A stretch of 64,000 bases of DNA from an uncultured Acidobacteriota bacterium (GTDB lineage Bacteria > Acidobacteriota > Thermoanaerobaculia > UBA5066 > DATFVB01), in assembly GCA_963813155.1 (NCBI GenBank), contig CAWEYG010000001.1, positions 384,001 through 448,000 on the forward strand, in the 5' to 3' direction. Below the pieces are notes generated by a model that did not search any database, was not told the origin of the DNA, and saw nothing but the letters and a program-made list of their open reading frames with translations. Below, piece after piece: positions 34,829-51,169 of the stretch; the stretch's first letter is position 1, and the number at the start of each line of letters is the position of its first letter. A program made the translations under genes and the position numbers.

Positions 34829-37507
34829 GTGAAGAGGATGGTTCTGCCCCTGTGTCTGATTTTCGCCGTTGCACTGGTCGCGATGTGTCCGTCGACAGTC
34901 ATTGGCGCGTCGACGACCGGCGCGCTGTTCGGAACCGCGGTCGACGATCAGGGACACGGCGCCCCGGGAGTCACCGTCACGATTTCGAGCAAAGCGCTCC
35001 AGGGCATCCGCTCGATGACGACGAAGGGAGACGGGGAATTCAATTTCCCTCTCCTGCCGCCCGGCACGTATCACGCGGACTTCGTCGCGTCGGGAATGCA
35101 ATCGGTCTCTCAGTCGAACATCGTGGTCTCCCTGGAACAGCAGACCAAGATCAACGTGACGATGCGGGTTGCCAAGGTGTCGGAGTCGGTCAGCGTCGTC
35201 GGAAACTCCGAAGTCATCGACCCGACCCAGACCGGAATTCAGCAGAACTTCAAGACCGACTACCTGGAATACAGCTCGGTCGGCCAGGGAAACAGGTCAT
35301 ATCAGTCGGCCGTCCTGCAGGCACCGGGAGTCGTCGATTCCGGCGACGGAAATCCGCAGATCTTCGGCGCCAATGAAGGCCAGAACAGCTACCTGATCGA
35401 CGGGTTGAATACGACCGATCCGGTCACCCACACGTTCGAGCTGAACTTCGGCTTCGACGCGATTCAGGAAATCTCCGTGATGAACGGCTTCGAGGCGGAG
35501 TACGGAAAGGCCGTCGGCGGCATCATCAACGTCGTGACGAAGTCCGGCGGAAATCAGCTCGCCGGAAGCCTCGACGTGCGCTACCGGAACCAGAACTTCA
35601 GCCAGAACGGGGACCATTTCAAGAGATCCGACCGCCCGTACGAGAGGATCAACCCCGAGGCGTCTCTCGGCGGCCCGATCGTGAAGGACAGGCTCTGGTT
35701 CTTCCTCGACGCGCAGCGCAACATCAACGAAACCCAGTATCAGAACCTCTTCGGGTTCAAGCCGCTGCGCAGCGACGACTTCGGGTGGAACCTCTTCGGC
35801 AAGGTCACCGGGACGGTGGCACCGAGCCAGACCACGACGTTCCGCTACACGAACTCGTACGCCGATTTCCCTTCGGACGACGGCAACCCGAGCTTCGTCC
35901 AGCCGGAAGCGGCGAGCGACCAGTACCAGAAAGTCCAGATCTACAACCTTTCCCATGACGCGGTCTTCAACGAGAACTGGCTCGCGAACATCCAGGCCGG
36001 GATCGACGACTCGTACCTCATCAACCAGCCCCACAGCGGGAACCGGGCGCTCACCGGCGTCGTCGACCTCGTGACCGGCATCGATTCGGTCAACGACACG
36101 AATTACCAGAAAAGCGAGCGGAACCGCATCGACGTCATGGGCTCGACGACGTTCCTGTTCAACGCGGCCGGAAGCCACGCCGTGAAGGTCGGCTTCGACA
36201 TCGAACAGACGACTTTCCGCGAGGTCAACGACGCAACCGGCACGCCGATCGACCCGTCAATGTGCTCGCCGGACAACTTCCAGCCGGCGGGAGCGACCTG
36301 CGGAGCGGTCGACTATCGGGCCCAGGGCGCCCCGTACCTTTACATCGTTCAGACGAACCTTCCGATCTCCGAATTCAAGGGACACGGCCAGTCGTATTAC
36401 GTCCAGGACGAGTGGAAACCGTCTTCGCGGCTCAGCGCAAACCTCGGCGTCCGGTACGACCAGGTGCATTTCACTGGCGGTTCGACCGACAAGACGCTGA
36501 ACCGCTTCCAACCGCGCCTGGGCGTCGCCTACGACGTTTTCAACGACTCCTCGCTCGTCTTCAGCGCGAACGCCGGCCAGTTCATGGACGACAACGCGCT
36601 CACGCTGCCGGCCTACCTCAACAAGATCGGTGCGGTCAGCTCGGAATTCGGATTCGATCCCAGTACGTCGAGCTACGAGTTCCTCGGGGCCTTCGGCGGG
36701 CCCGCCGGCAACGAGATCGACCCGTCGCTGCGTGCGACCTACACCGAGGAAGTCAACGTCGGCGTTACAAAGAGGGTCTTCTCCAACGCCAGCGTCGGCG
36801 TGACGGGGATCTACCGTCACAACAAGAACATCTTCGAGGACTCCTGCAAGGTCGCGCCGTACGATTGCTCGAGCGATCCGACGTACTGGCTGACGAATAA
36901 GCCGGGCGGACAGGACCTGCTGAAATCGCAATACCGCGCCCTCGTCTTCAAGTTCGAGGGACGGCCCACCGTGAACTCGAACATCCTCCTGAGCTACACG
37001 CTCGCGAGATCCGAGGGCTCCGTCGAGTACACGCAGAACCAGTCCTACGATTTCGACGTCTTCCCGGTGCACTTCGTCAACCGGTACGGATACCTGTCCG
37101 ACGACGCCCGGCACCGCGTCAAGCTCTCCGGCTTCTACCGCCTGCCGTGGCAGATCGTCGCGGGGACGACGTTTTACTGGGACAGCGGGACCCCCTACAA
37201 TGTCTTCCTTCCCTCTCCCCCTCCCGCCAATTACGGAAACGAGTACCTCGAGCCGCGGGGCTCCCGCCGGCTCCCCCACTACTATGAGTGGGACCTGCAG
37301 CTCCAGAAGGGCTTCGACTTCGGGCCGATGCATGCGAGCCTGATCGCGAGCATCCTGAATCTTCTCAACACGGAGATCCCGACCTCCCGCGATGGAAGCG
37401 TCGGCAGCGGCGGCACGCTCGCCGATCCCACGAATCCGGACTTCAACAAGACGACGACGTGGCAGACGCCCCGTCGATTCGAGGTGGGCCTCCGCGTCAC
37501 GTTCTGA
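34829..37507 (+). CDS. TonB-dependent outer-membrane receptor (Oar-like, carboxypeptidase-regulatory N-domain)
   Basis: Signal peptide, AEYG..GGIINVVTKSG, GGPIVKDRLWFF, YVQDEWK, NLGVRYD, PRLG, C-terminal Phe and AAGGAGG RBS. Confidence 0.93.
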   Translation: MKRMVLPLCLIFAVALVAMCPSTVIGASTTGALFGTAVDDQGHGAPGVTVTISSKALQGIRSMTTKGDGEFNFPLLPPGTYHADFVASGMQSVSQSNIVVSLEQQTKINVTMRVAKVSESVSVVGNSEVIDPTQTGIQQNFKTDYLEYSSVGQGNRSYQSAVLQAPGVVDSGDGNPQIFGANEGQNSYLIDGLNTTDPVTHTFELNFGFDAIQEISVMNGFEAEYGKAVGGIINVVTKSGGNQLAGSLDVRYRNQNFSQNGDHFKRSDRPYERINPEASLGGPIVKDRLWFFLDAQRNINETQYQNLFGFKPLRSDDFGWNLFGKVTGTVAPSQTTTFRYTNSYADFPSDDGNPSFVQPEAASDQYQKVQIYNLSHDAVFNENWLANIQAGIDDSYLINQPHSGNRALTGVVDLVTGIDSVNDTNYQKSERNRIDVMGSTTFLFNAAGSHAVKVGFDIEQTTFREVNDATGTPIDPSMCSPDNFQPAGATCGAVDYRAQGAPYLYIVQTNLPISEFKGHGQSYYVQDEWKPSSRLSANLGVRYDQVHFTGGSTDKTLNRFQPRLGVAYDVFNDSSLVFSANAGQFMDDNALTLPAYLNKIGAVSSEFGFDPSTSSYEFLGAFGGPAGNEIDPSLRATYTEEVNVGVTKRVFSNASVGVTGIYRHNKNIFEDSCKVAPYDCSSDPTYWLTNKPGGQDLLKSQYRALVFKFEGRPTVNSNILLSYTLARSEGSVEYTQNQSYDFDVFPVHFVNRYGYLSDDARHRVKLSGFYRLPWQIVAGTTFYWDSGTPYNVFLPSPPPANYGNEYLEPRGSRRLPHYYEWDLQLQKGFDFGPMHASLIASILNLLNTEIPTSRDGSVGSGGTLADPTNPDFNKTTTWQTPRRFEVGLRVTF

Positions 37508-37527
37508 GTCCCTCTCTCCCGGATTCG

Positions 37528-37556
37528 AAAGGAGGCCGAAAGGCCTCCTTTTTTTT
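37528..37556 (+). terminator. Rho-independent terminator
   Basis: AAAGGAGGCC-GAAA-GGCCTCCTTT followed by a T run. Confidence 0.9.
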
Positions 37557-37602
37557 CGGGTCGCCGCAGGCCGGCGATACGATGGGGCCGGAGGGACGCA
37601 AC

Positions 37603-38067
37603 ATGGCAAAGCCGAAGACACCGCTTTCGCAGCTCTCCTACGGCCTGTACGTCGTGGGAACGAAGGACGGGGAAGCGCCCCACGGCATGACCGCGAACTG
37701 GCTGACGCAGGTCTCCTTCGAGCCGGAGCTCGTCGCGCTCGCGGTGGAAAAGGACGCCCAGTCCCGGAAGATGATCGAGACGTCGCGAGTGTTCTCCGTC
37801 TCGATCCTGAAATCGGGCCAGAAGGAGATCGCCGGCGACTTCGCAAAGGCCCACAAGGACCAGCAGCAGAACACCCGTTTCGTTCAGAAAAAGACCGGCG
37901 CCCCGATCCTCTCGGATTGCGCCGCGTACCTGGACTGCCGCGTCGTCGACTCGCATCCCGCGGGAGACCACGTGATCTTCTTCGGCGAGGTCGTCGATTC
38001 GGGGATCCTCGACGAATCCGCCGATCCGCTGACGCTCAAGGAGACCGGGTGGAGGTACGGGGGATGA
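37603..38067 (+). CDS. Flavin reductase family protein
   Basis: YGLYVV, TANWLTQVSFEP, GAPIL, GDHVIFFGEV, YGG. Confidence 0.9.
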   Translation: MAKPKTPLSQLSYGLYVVGTKDGEAPHGMTANWLTQVSFEPELVALAVEKDAQSRKMIETSRVFSVSILKSGQKEIAGDFAKAHKDQQQNTRFVQKKTGAPILSDCAAYLDCRVVDSHPAGDHVIFFGEVVDSGILDESADPLTLKETGWRYGG

Positions 38068-38077
38068 AGAGAGACGC

Positions 38078-38380
38078 CTAGAACCCCGGCAGGACGTGCG
38101 CGCGAGTGAGGACGTCCTCGAGGATCCCGCCGATCAGCAGGAAGAGCCACAGGAGCCCCGCGCCCGCGAAGAGCCACGTCAGGCGGCTCGACCATTTCGC
38201 CTCCATGAAGAACGTCACGACGAGCCCCGCCTTCACGAGCGCGATCGCGAGCGCGACGACGATGTTAAACGGGCCGAGGTCGATCTGCGCGGCCGCGTAC
38301 GTGAGGACGAGCAGCACCATGAGCGCCGCCGCGATCGCAAAATAGACCGCCCGGGAGACGACGTGGACGCTGGTCGTCAC
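38078..38380 (-). CDS. ctaF: Cytochrome c oxidase subunit IV
   Basis: Three TMs, IALVKAGLVVTFFM, last gene of the oxidase operon. Confidence 0.85.
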   Translation of the reverse strand: MTTSVHVVSRAVYFAIAAALMVLLVLTYAAAQIDLGPFNIVVALAIALVKAGLVVTFFMEAKWSSRLTWLFAGAGLLWLFLLIGGILEDVLTRAHVLPGF

Positions 38381-38401
38381 GGTGCTCGATCGGGTGCTCG
38401 C

Positions 38402-39039
38402 TCATTTTCTCGCTCCCACGAGGTAGAGCAGCGGGTAGAGGAAAATCCAGACGATGTCGACGAAATGCCAGTACAGGCCGCCGACGACGACCGGCGTGTG
38501 GTATTCGGGCGAAAAACGCCCCGCGCGCGCGGCCAGCAGCAGCCACGTCATGATCCCGAGCCCGATGATCATGTGCAGCGCGTGCATTCCCGTCATGCAG
38601 AAATAGAAGCCGTAGAAAAGGGGCGCGTGGACGGGATCGGCGCCCTGGAAGAGCAAAATGCGCGCCGGGAACATGATGGTCGCGGAACTCGGCCGTCCAC
38701 TCGATCGCCTTGAAGCCGAGAAAGAGCGTTCCGAAGGCCATCGTCGCGACGAGAAATGCGATCAGCGACTTGCGCCGGTTCGTCTGGGACGCGTGAACGG
38801 CGAGCGCCATCGTGAGGCTCGACAGGATGAGAACCGCCGTGTTGACGCTGCCGATGCGGAGGTTGAGCTGCGCGCTCGCCGCGCGGAACGCCGCCGGATA
38901 GAGCGCCCGGTAGACCGTGTAACCCGCGAACATCCCCCCGAAGAAGAGCATCTCGGTCACGAGGAACGTCCACATTCCGAGCGTTCCCGCCTCGCGCTGT
39001 TGCGCCGCGTCCTCGAACTGGTGCGCGAAAGAGGAATGC

Positions 39040-39047
<8 letters not shown>
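38402..39047 (-). CDS. ctaE: Cytochrome c oxidase subunit III; frameshift near 38660
   Basis: [31 protein letters not shown]. Confidence 0.92.
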
Positions 39048-40664
<1,617 letters not shown>

Positions 40665-40668
<4 letters not shown>

Positions 40669-41597
40669 GGGGTCGTCCCTTTCGATTCAATATACGCGAT
40701 CAATTGCAGGACCTGGCTCTCCGACAGCTGGCCCTGGTAGGTCGGCATCGTCGGCCGATAGCCCTTGACGATCTTTGCGCGCGGGTTCAAAAGCGACTCG
40801 CGAATGTAGCCGGCGTCCTGAACGACCCGCTGCCCGCCCTCGAGCTCGACGAGCGTCCCGAACGACCCTTCGAGGCGAGGCGCGTTCAACCGATCGTCGT
40901 GGCAGGTCGCGCAGTTGAGCGTCGCGTAGAGTTTCCCGCCGCTCGCGGCCATCGACGGGGTGCGAGGTTCCCGGGACAGCCACGCCTGGAAATCCGAGGG
41001 CTCCATCACGACGACCCGGCCGATCATCCCCGAGTGATTCGTGCCGCAGTACTGGTTGCAGAAGAGATGGAACTCCCCCGTCTTCGTCGCCTGGAACCAC
41101 TCGGTCGTGTACCGGCCCGGAAGGACGTCCCGCTTGATGCGGAAAGCCGGAACGGCGAAGTCGTGGATCACGTCCTCCGAGGTCAGGATCAGCTTGACCG
41201 GGACGCCGAGCGGGACGTGGAGCTCGTTGATCTCGCTCTTGCCCTCCGGGTGCTGAACCTTCCACATCCACTGTTTCCCGACGACGTACACCGGCATCGA
41301 GTCGACGGGCGCGCGCGCCCCCTTCAGAAAGACGCTTGCTCCCCAGAAAAACATGACCGTCACGAGAACGAGGGGAATCCCCGTCCACACGATCTCGAGC
41401 GGAAGCGATCCGTGGATCTCGGCCGGCCTCTCGTCGTCGGAACGGCGTCGATACTTGATCGCGAAGTACGCGACGCAAAGGAAGATCAGGGTCGAGAAGA
41501 AAACCGTCACCCCGATCAAGAAAAAAAACAGCGCGTCGACCGAGCCGGCGAGCGTCGAGGCGCGCTCCGGAAAGAGGGGAAACGTGATCAGGGGCAT
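40665..41597 (-). CDS. ctaC: Cytochrome c oxidase subunit II with fused cytochrome c (caa3)
   Basis: DVIHDF, CuA motif [13 protein letters not shown]-terminal CATCH. Confidence 0.95.
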
Positions 41598-42421
41598 TTT
41601 CGGTCCCGCCGAAACATCACGATCATGAACGTCCCGAGCGTCAACACCGTCGCGAGCCCTCCCAGCCGGACGACCCGCATGACGATCCAGCCGTACTTCC
41701 CGGTCGTCGGGTCGTAGTGCGAGCAGTACAGAAGCACGCGGTCGACCGGGGAGCCGATTCGCCCTTGCGACGCCTCGACGATCGAGAGCCGCAGGTCGCG
41801 GGCGGAGTATTCGAGCCCGTAGAAATAGCGCGCCATCCGCCCCTGCGGCGTCGCCAGGAGAAGGCCGGCGGCGTGGGAAAAGCCGCCCGTCTCCCGGTCC
41901 TCGGAATAGCGGAATCCCGCCGCGCGAGCGACGCGCCCCGAGGCCGCCCGCTCCCCCGTGAGAAAGTGAACGCCCGCGGCGGCGCCCGACCGCCCGTATT
42001 CGGCGAGAAACTCCTTCTTCTTCACGGCCGCCTCCGCCGCCGTGTCGGACGGATCGATCGAGATCGCGACGAGCTCGAACTCCCGGCCCGGAGTGTAGGA
42101 GAGCGCCCGGAGCGTCCGGACGGTTCCGTTCAGGACGTACGTGCACAGCATCGGACACTTGAAATACGTGAATTCGAGAACGACCGGCCGCCCGCCGAAA
42201 TACCGCCCGAGTCTCACGGGCGAGCCCGATTCGTCCCGAAACGGCGCGTCGAGCGGGAGCTGCGCGTCGAGCCGTTGTTCGATCGAAACGTCCGCAAGCG
42301 CCGCCGAAGCCGAACCGGACGGCGGGGCCGTCGAGGGCGCGAGGCCGCCGTCGGCGGCCTGGGCCAGCGCGTTCGCCGCGACGGCCACGATCAGGAGCGC
42401 GAGCGCCAGGATCCGCCTCAT
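41588..42421 (-). CDS. SCO family copper chaperone
   Basis: CPMLC motif, FSHAAG and a C-terminal TM. Confidence 0.9.
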   Translation of the reverse strand: MRRILALALLIVAVAANALAQAADGGLAPSTAPPSGSASAALADVSIEQRLDAQLPLDAPFRDESGSPVRLGRYFGGRPVVLEFTYFKCPMLCTYVLNGTVRTLRALSYTPGREFELVAISIDPSDTAAEAAVKKKEFLAEYGRSGAAAGVHFLTGERAASGRVARAAGFRYSEDRETGGFSHAAGLLLATPQGRMARYFYGLEYSARDLRLSIVEASQGRIGSPVDRVLLYCSHYDPTTGKYGWIVMRVVRLGGLATVLTLGTFMIVMFRRDRKCP

Positions 42422-42765
42422 CGCGACGGGAGACCTTTCGCGAGGATCCTCTTCTTCGCTTCGTCGATCGGAACCCGGACGATGCCGTGCGCCCGGTCGA
42501 CCCATCCGTAGCTCTGAAGGATCGCGAGATCGCGGGCTCGAAGCGCCGCCATGTCGTCCGCGGGAGAGGTCTGCAGCCGCGGCTCGGGAGGGGGCGCCTC
42601 GACCGCCAGGGGCGATCGCCGCTCCCGTCCCGGAGGGGATCGACGCGCCATCCGTCCGATCGTCAACTGGGCGGTCAGCGCGATGGCGCCGACGATCCCG
42701 ACCAGAACGGCGCCCAGGACCGCAATGGCCCGGAGATCGACGTCGGTCCGCCGGCCTTCAGGCAT
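42418..42765 (-). CDS. Small single-TM protein of ACIII operons (ActG-like)
   Basis: PPEPRLQ..YGWVD..VRVPIDEA, between actF and SCO. Confidence 0.65.
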   Translation of the reverse strand: MPEGRRTDVDLRAIAVLGAVLVGIVGAIALTAQLTIGRMARRSPPGRERRSPLAVEAPPPEPRLQTSPADDMAALRARDLAILQSYGWVDRAHGIVRVPIDEAKKRILAKGLPSR

Positions 42766-43907
42766 GTTCCGCGCTCCCTTCGATCCGGGCGTCGTGCAAC
42801 GCGAGGAACGGCCGCCGATCGAGCTGGTAGGAAAAGGCGGCGAACCAGATCGCGCCGAGGCCCGCCGGGACGATCACGTCCATCCACGACACGTAAATGC
42901 CGCGCGGATGGAAGACGGGCTCGACCATCCAGATGAGATCCAGGACGCGCAGCGCCAGCACCCATCCCGCGACCGCGGAGAGCCGCCGCAGGTCGGCTTT
43001 CACCCGGCGGGAGAGCAGCAGCAGGAACGGCGATCCGAAATAGAAGAGGAGGAGACCGAGCGAAACGAATTTCCAGCTCGTCTTCAGGCGAGGGAGATAC
43101 CACGGGATCTCCTCCGGCAGGTTCCCCATCCACGTGATGATCAGCTGCGAGAACGCCATGTACGCCCACAGCATCAGGAACATGAACAGCAGGTTGCCGA
43201 GATCCCGAAAGACCGCCGAGCCGGTCCTCTCCGCGAAGCGCTCGTCGTCCGACAGCAGGCGCACGCAAACGATGACGAACGCCATCGTCGAGACGCCGTG
43301 GCCGACCATGAAGATCATGCCGAAGATCGACGAATACCAGTGGGGCATCAACGACATGACCCAGTCCACCGAGGCGAAGAACGTCGTGATCCCGTAGAGG
43401 ATCAGACCGGGAGCCGAGAGCCGCTGCATCCGGACCGCGAGCGCGGGATCGTCCGTGCGATCCTGCTCGAGCGACCAGCGGTTCAGAAAATGCGCGAGCG
43501 CGATCCAGACCGCGAACAGGAGCGCCGCGCGGATCGCGAAGAAGCCCGGGTTCAGATACGCGGCCTTTCCGATCAGGACGGGATCGGCGGCGACTTCCGC
43601 GGGTCGCGCCCACGAAAAAACGTACCGTCGCCCAAAGAACACCGGGAGAAAGAGCAGGGTGAGCAGCGGGAAACGTGCGCGTCGCAGCCTCGAGGATCCG
43701 CCGGAGAACGAAACCCCACTTGCCGCCCACCAGGTGGTAGAGCATCAGGATCGCGAGGCTGCCGAGCGCGACGCCGACCCAGAGCAGATAGCCCACGAGG
43801 TACGAGTGGAAGAACTGGGCGGGATTCGCGAATCCGGCGAGGCCGCAAACGGCGAGAGCGGCGAGGCCGGACACGAGCGCCGGGCGGCGCAGCTTCGTGG
43901 GGCTCAC
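42758..43907 (-). CDS. actF: Alternative complex III subunit F; frameshift near 43660
   Basis: [43 protein letters not shown]. Confidence 0.88.
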
Positions 43908-44491
43908 CGCTGGGCCTCCAGCTTCGCTCGCTCCGAGCCGGGGATGTCGGAGAGCGGAACGTTCTGCGACTGCTGAAGGGCGCGGATGTAAGCGGCGATC
44001 GCCCACCGGTCTTCGGGCGAGACCCGCGACCGGTACTCGAACATCGCTCCGAAACCGTTCGTCATCACTTCGACGAAGTGGCCGGCAGGCGCCTGCCTCA
44101 GACGGTCCGTGTGGAACGAAGGGGGCGCCTTGAAACCGCGCTGGACGATCATTCCATTTCCCGATCCCGTCGCGCCGTGGCAGACCGAGCAGAAGATCTC
44201 GTAACGCTGCTGGCCCCGGTCGAGAACCGCGGCCGTCACGGGGAACGGAAAGCGGTCCGCGACGAGGCCGTTGAGCTTCCCTGTCGACAGCAGCTCGTCG
44301 GGCCGGTTCCCTCCCCACGGAACCGTGTCCTCCGGCAGCGGGCGCGAGGCGCGTCCGTCCGCGAAGAACGTGCTCGCCTGGAGCGGCTTGTATTTCGGCT
44401 GGTTGAACATGTCCTGCCGGCAGGCGGTCGGCGCCACGAGCGAGAGAGCCACCAGGGCGAGACGGGGGTATCTCGTGAGGACCCCTCTCAC
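43904..44491 (-). CDS. actE: Alternative complex III monoheme cytochrome c lipoprotein
   Basis: Lipobox ..[30 protein letters not shown]. Confidence 0.9.
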   Translation of the reverse strand: MRGVLTRYPRLALVALSLVAPTACRQDMFNQPKYKPLQASTFFADGRASRPLPEDTVPWGGNRPDELLSTGKLNGLVADRFPFPVTAAVLDRGQQRYEIFCSVCHGATGSGNGMIVQRGFKAPPSFHTDRLRQAPAGHFVEVMTNGFGAMFEYRSRVSPEDRWAIAAYIRALQQSQNVPLSDIPGSERAKLEAQR

Positions 44492-45031
44492 CACTCCACC
44501 TCCGCGACGGAATCCGGCGACAGCGATTCGAGGAATTCGACGCGTGCGATTGCGGTCGAAGCTCGCGTCCTTCGACTTGATGCACAGGAAGAACCGGTCG
44601 CGCGACGCGCGCTCGAACCGGTCCACGTTGAAGAGCGGGTGGTACGGCGTCGGAAGCCCGTTCATCGCGAGAAGCCCGAAAAACGCGAACGTCGCGGCGC
44701 CGAGAATCGTCAGCTCGAAGGTGATCGGGATGAACGCCGGCCAGCTGTTGAGGGGGCGTCCTCCGATATTCACCGGGTAGGCGATCCCCGCCGCGTAGAA
44801 CTGGAGGAAAAAGCCCGTCATCGCGCCGAGCGCGCCTCCGGCGAACACGACCCATCCCAGCCGCGTGTGGCGGAACCCGATCGCGTCGGCGAGCCCCTCG
44901 ACCGGCATCGGGGTGTAGGCGTCGACGGCGCGGAAGCCCGCCTCTCGCGCGCGGTGCGCGGCTGCAAGAAGAGCCTCCGGCTTCTCGAATTCGGCGAGGA
45001 GGCCGTAGACGGGAGGGCGCAGCGGCTTCAT
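44488..45031 (-). CDS. actD: Alternative complex III subunit D (DUF3341); frameshift near the 3' end
   Basis: [36 protein letters not shown]. Confidence 0.9.
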
Positions 45032-46401
45032 TCGCGCCCCTCGGTCTCGTCCACGAGACTCCGCATCTCGGCGATCGAGATGACGGGCAGGAACCGGACG
45101 AACAGCAACAGCAGGGTCAGGAAGAGCCCGATCGAGCCGGCAAAAGCCGCGATGTCCCAGCGCGTGCCGTGATAAGTCCCCCACGACGACGGAAGGAAAT
45201 CGCGGTGGAGGCTCACGACGATGATGACGTAGCGCTCCAGCCACATTCCGATGTTTACGACGATCGAAATCAGCCACAGGATCCAGGGCGTCCGCCGGAC
45301 CCTCTGCATCCAGAGAACCTGCGGAATCGCGATGTTGCAGAGAATGAGCGCCCAGTAGGCGGGCCAGTACGGGCCGAGCGCGCGATTCGCGGTCAGAAAT
45401 CGCTCGAACGGATTTCCGCTGTACCAGGCCATGAAGATTTCCGCCGCGTACCCGTAGGCGACGATGAGACCCGTCGCGATCAGCACCTTGGCCATGTTCT
45501 CGAGGTGGCGCATCGTGATGAAGTCCTCGAGGCCGTAGAACTTCCGCAACGGGATCGACGAGCGTGAGGACCATCGCAAAGCCCGAATAGATCGCGCCCG
45601 CCACGAAATACGGGGGAAAGATCGTCGTGTGCCAGCCCGGGATGATTCCGCCGGCAAAGTCGAAGCTCACGACCGTGTGCACGGACACGACGAGCGGCGT
45701 CGCGAGCCCGGCGAGCAGCAGGTACGCCGTCTCGTACCGGTGCCAGTGCGTCGCCGAACCCCGCCATCCCATGGCGAGGATTCCGTAGATCACCTTCGCG
45801 ACTCGCTTGCGCGCGCGGTCGCGCAGCGTCGCAAGGTCCGGCAGGAGGCCGACGAACCAGAACAGGAGGGAGACAGTGCCGTACGTCGAAACCGCGAAGA
45901 CGTCCCACACGAGCGGGCTCCGGAACTGCGGCCAGAGGCGCATCGTGTCCGGATACGGGAAGAGCCAGAAGAACACCCAGGGGCGGCCGAGGTGCAGCAG
46001 CGGATAAATGCCGGCGCACGCGACCGCGAAGAGCGTCATCGCCTCCGCAAAACGGTTGATCGAGGTGCGCCACTCCTGCCTCAGGAGGAGCAGGATCGCC
46101 GAGATCAGGGTCCCGGCGTGCCCGATTCCGATCCACCAGACGAAATTGACGATGTCGAATCCCCAGCCGACCGGAACGTTGATGCCGAAGAGCCCGACGC
46201 CGCGGAACAGAACTTCCGCCACGGCGTAGAACAGGAGCATCGTCATCAGGAACGCGATCCCGAACGCGAGGAACCAGCCCCGGGGCGTCTTGCCGGCGAG
46301 CGCGATCGCGCTGATCTTCTCGGTGACCGACCGGTACGTGTGGCCCGGCTCGAGGACGGGAGCGGACTGGCCGACGCTCGCGGTGCGTTCGGGAGCTTCG
46401 C

Positions 46402-46405
<4 letters not shown>
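45028..46405 (-). CDS. actC: Alternative complex III quinol-oxidising subunit (NrfD/PsrC family); frameshift near 45555
   Basis: [50 protein letters not shown]. Confidence 0.93.
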
Positions 46406-49398
<2,993 letters not shown>

Positions 49399-49402
<4 letters not shown>

Positions 49403-50058
49403 CGGTGGCACGTCACGCAATCGGTCATCTGGCGGACGCCGGGAAGGCCGTATTCCTTCGCGAGGCGGCGTCCGAGGGCAACCTGGTCCACGGGAGGTTC
49501 GTATTCCATGTTGAACACTTCTTCCCGCGGGCGCAGGAACTTCTCCGGGTTTCGGTGGCAGTCGAGGCACCAGCGCATGTAGAGAGAGTTCACCTGCCAT
49601 GTGAGAGGCATCCGGTCCACGCGCCCGTGGCACGAGACGCATCCGACGCCCTTGTTCACGTGAATGCTGTGATTGAAGTACACGAAATCGGGCAGATCAT
49701 GGATCCGGGTCCACTCGAGCGGCCGGCCCGTTCGGAAACTGTCCCGCACCGGCGCGAGGATTTCCGCGTTGGTCCAGATCTGCGAGTGGCAGGTCATGCA
49801 CGTCTTGACCGGCGGAATCCCGGCGAACGCGCTCGTTTCGACCCCGCCGTGGCAGTAGCGGCAGTCGATGCCGAGCCCGCGCACGTGGTGCTCGTGGGAA
49901 AAAGGCACCGGCTGTTCCTTCGGCGTGTCGACGCCCGTCGTCCAGGGAGACTGGTAGATCTCCCAGCCCGCCGCCGCCGCGCCGGCGACAATGAACAGCG
50001 ATCCGAAGATGCTCAGCTTCGAAAGAACATTCGTGCTGCGGTGAAAGATTTGCGCCAT
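49399..50058 (-). CDS. actA: Alternative complex III pentaheme cytochrome c
   Basis: MAQIFH, one TM and five CXXCH motifs. Confidence 0.95.
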
Positions 50059-50108
50059 GCGAACGCGCTCCGGAGTCTACCAAAAACGACACCCGCGACA
50101 ACCCCGCG

Positions 50109-51169
50109 TCATCTCGGCTTCGCCTCGACGTCGGTCGTGAATCGCCGCACGAAACCCGAAGCCACTCTCCCGTCCTTGCGGGAGACACGACGACCTCGAA
50201 CTGAAAGGCGGGCCTTCGCCAGGGCCCGCGAAATCGCAAGTCCGTCAGGATGAGCCGAGTCCCGCGCTCGCCGGCGGATTCCACGGAAATCGCCGGAAAT
50301 CGCGCGAAACGCATCCAGGCGGCCACGTCGGGAAACCCCCGCGCGGCAAGGAAGGCCGGAGCGTTCGCGTTCCGGGGGAAGCTCTCGACCTCGGCCGATT
50401 CCGGCGCGGCGTAGGCCTCGCGCAGGTCGGCGAGCACGCCGCCGAAGCCCGGGCGGGGAGCCGTCGAAGCCCGGCGTCGGAACCCGGCGGGAGCCGGACC
50501 GAGGTGCGCGTACGCGACGTCGATTTCGGCGTCACGGTCGGCGAAGAGCGCCCACCGAAAAGGCGAGAACGGTTGCGGCAGGGCGGCGACCCGGGCGCCG
50601 GGAAACTTCCGGCTCGCGGCGGAAAGCGCCCTTTCGTGCATCGCCGCGCAGAACCCGATGTAGGCAAAGAGGAGAAGCGAACCGGCGGCCGCGGCCGCCC
50701 GCGATCGGCGGCGAAAGACGATCGCTGCGACCAGCGACGCGACGAGGATGCCGCTGAAGAACGGGTCGAGGATGAAGACCCAGTCGAGCGCGTAACGATG
50801 CCACGAGAGCGGAGAAAAGAACATCGTTCCGTACGACGTGATCCAGTCAAACAGAATGTGGCTGACGATCCCGATCAGCGCGGCGAGCCACAGAAGCGGA
50901 AGCTTCGTCCGGCGCGCGAACAGCTTCGCGATCGCGGCGATCCCCGCGGCAAAGAGCGGCGCGAGGAGAAAGGAATGCGTGACGCCCCGGTGGAACTGCA
51001 GATAGCCGAGTGTGTCATGGAGAGTGAACCACGATCCGGGCAGGAAGAACGCGTCGCAGTCCGGAAACATCGCGGCGACGGCACACACCGCGGTGGCGGC
51101 TCCCGCCGACTCCTTCGCGGCCGCCCGTCCGAGCAGCGCGCCGGCCAGGCCGTGGGTGAGCGTGTCCAT
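50109..51169 (-). CDS. Membrane-bound metal-dependent hydrolase (YdjM/DUF457-like); probable frameshift near the 3' end
   Basis: MDTLTHGL, PDCD, HRGVTHS, SHILFDWITSYGT. Confidence 0.88.
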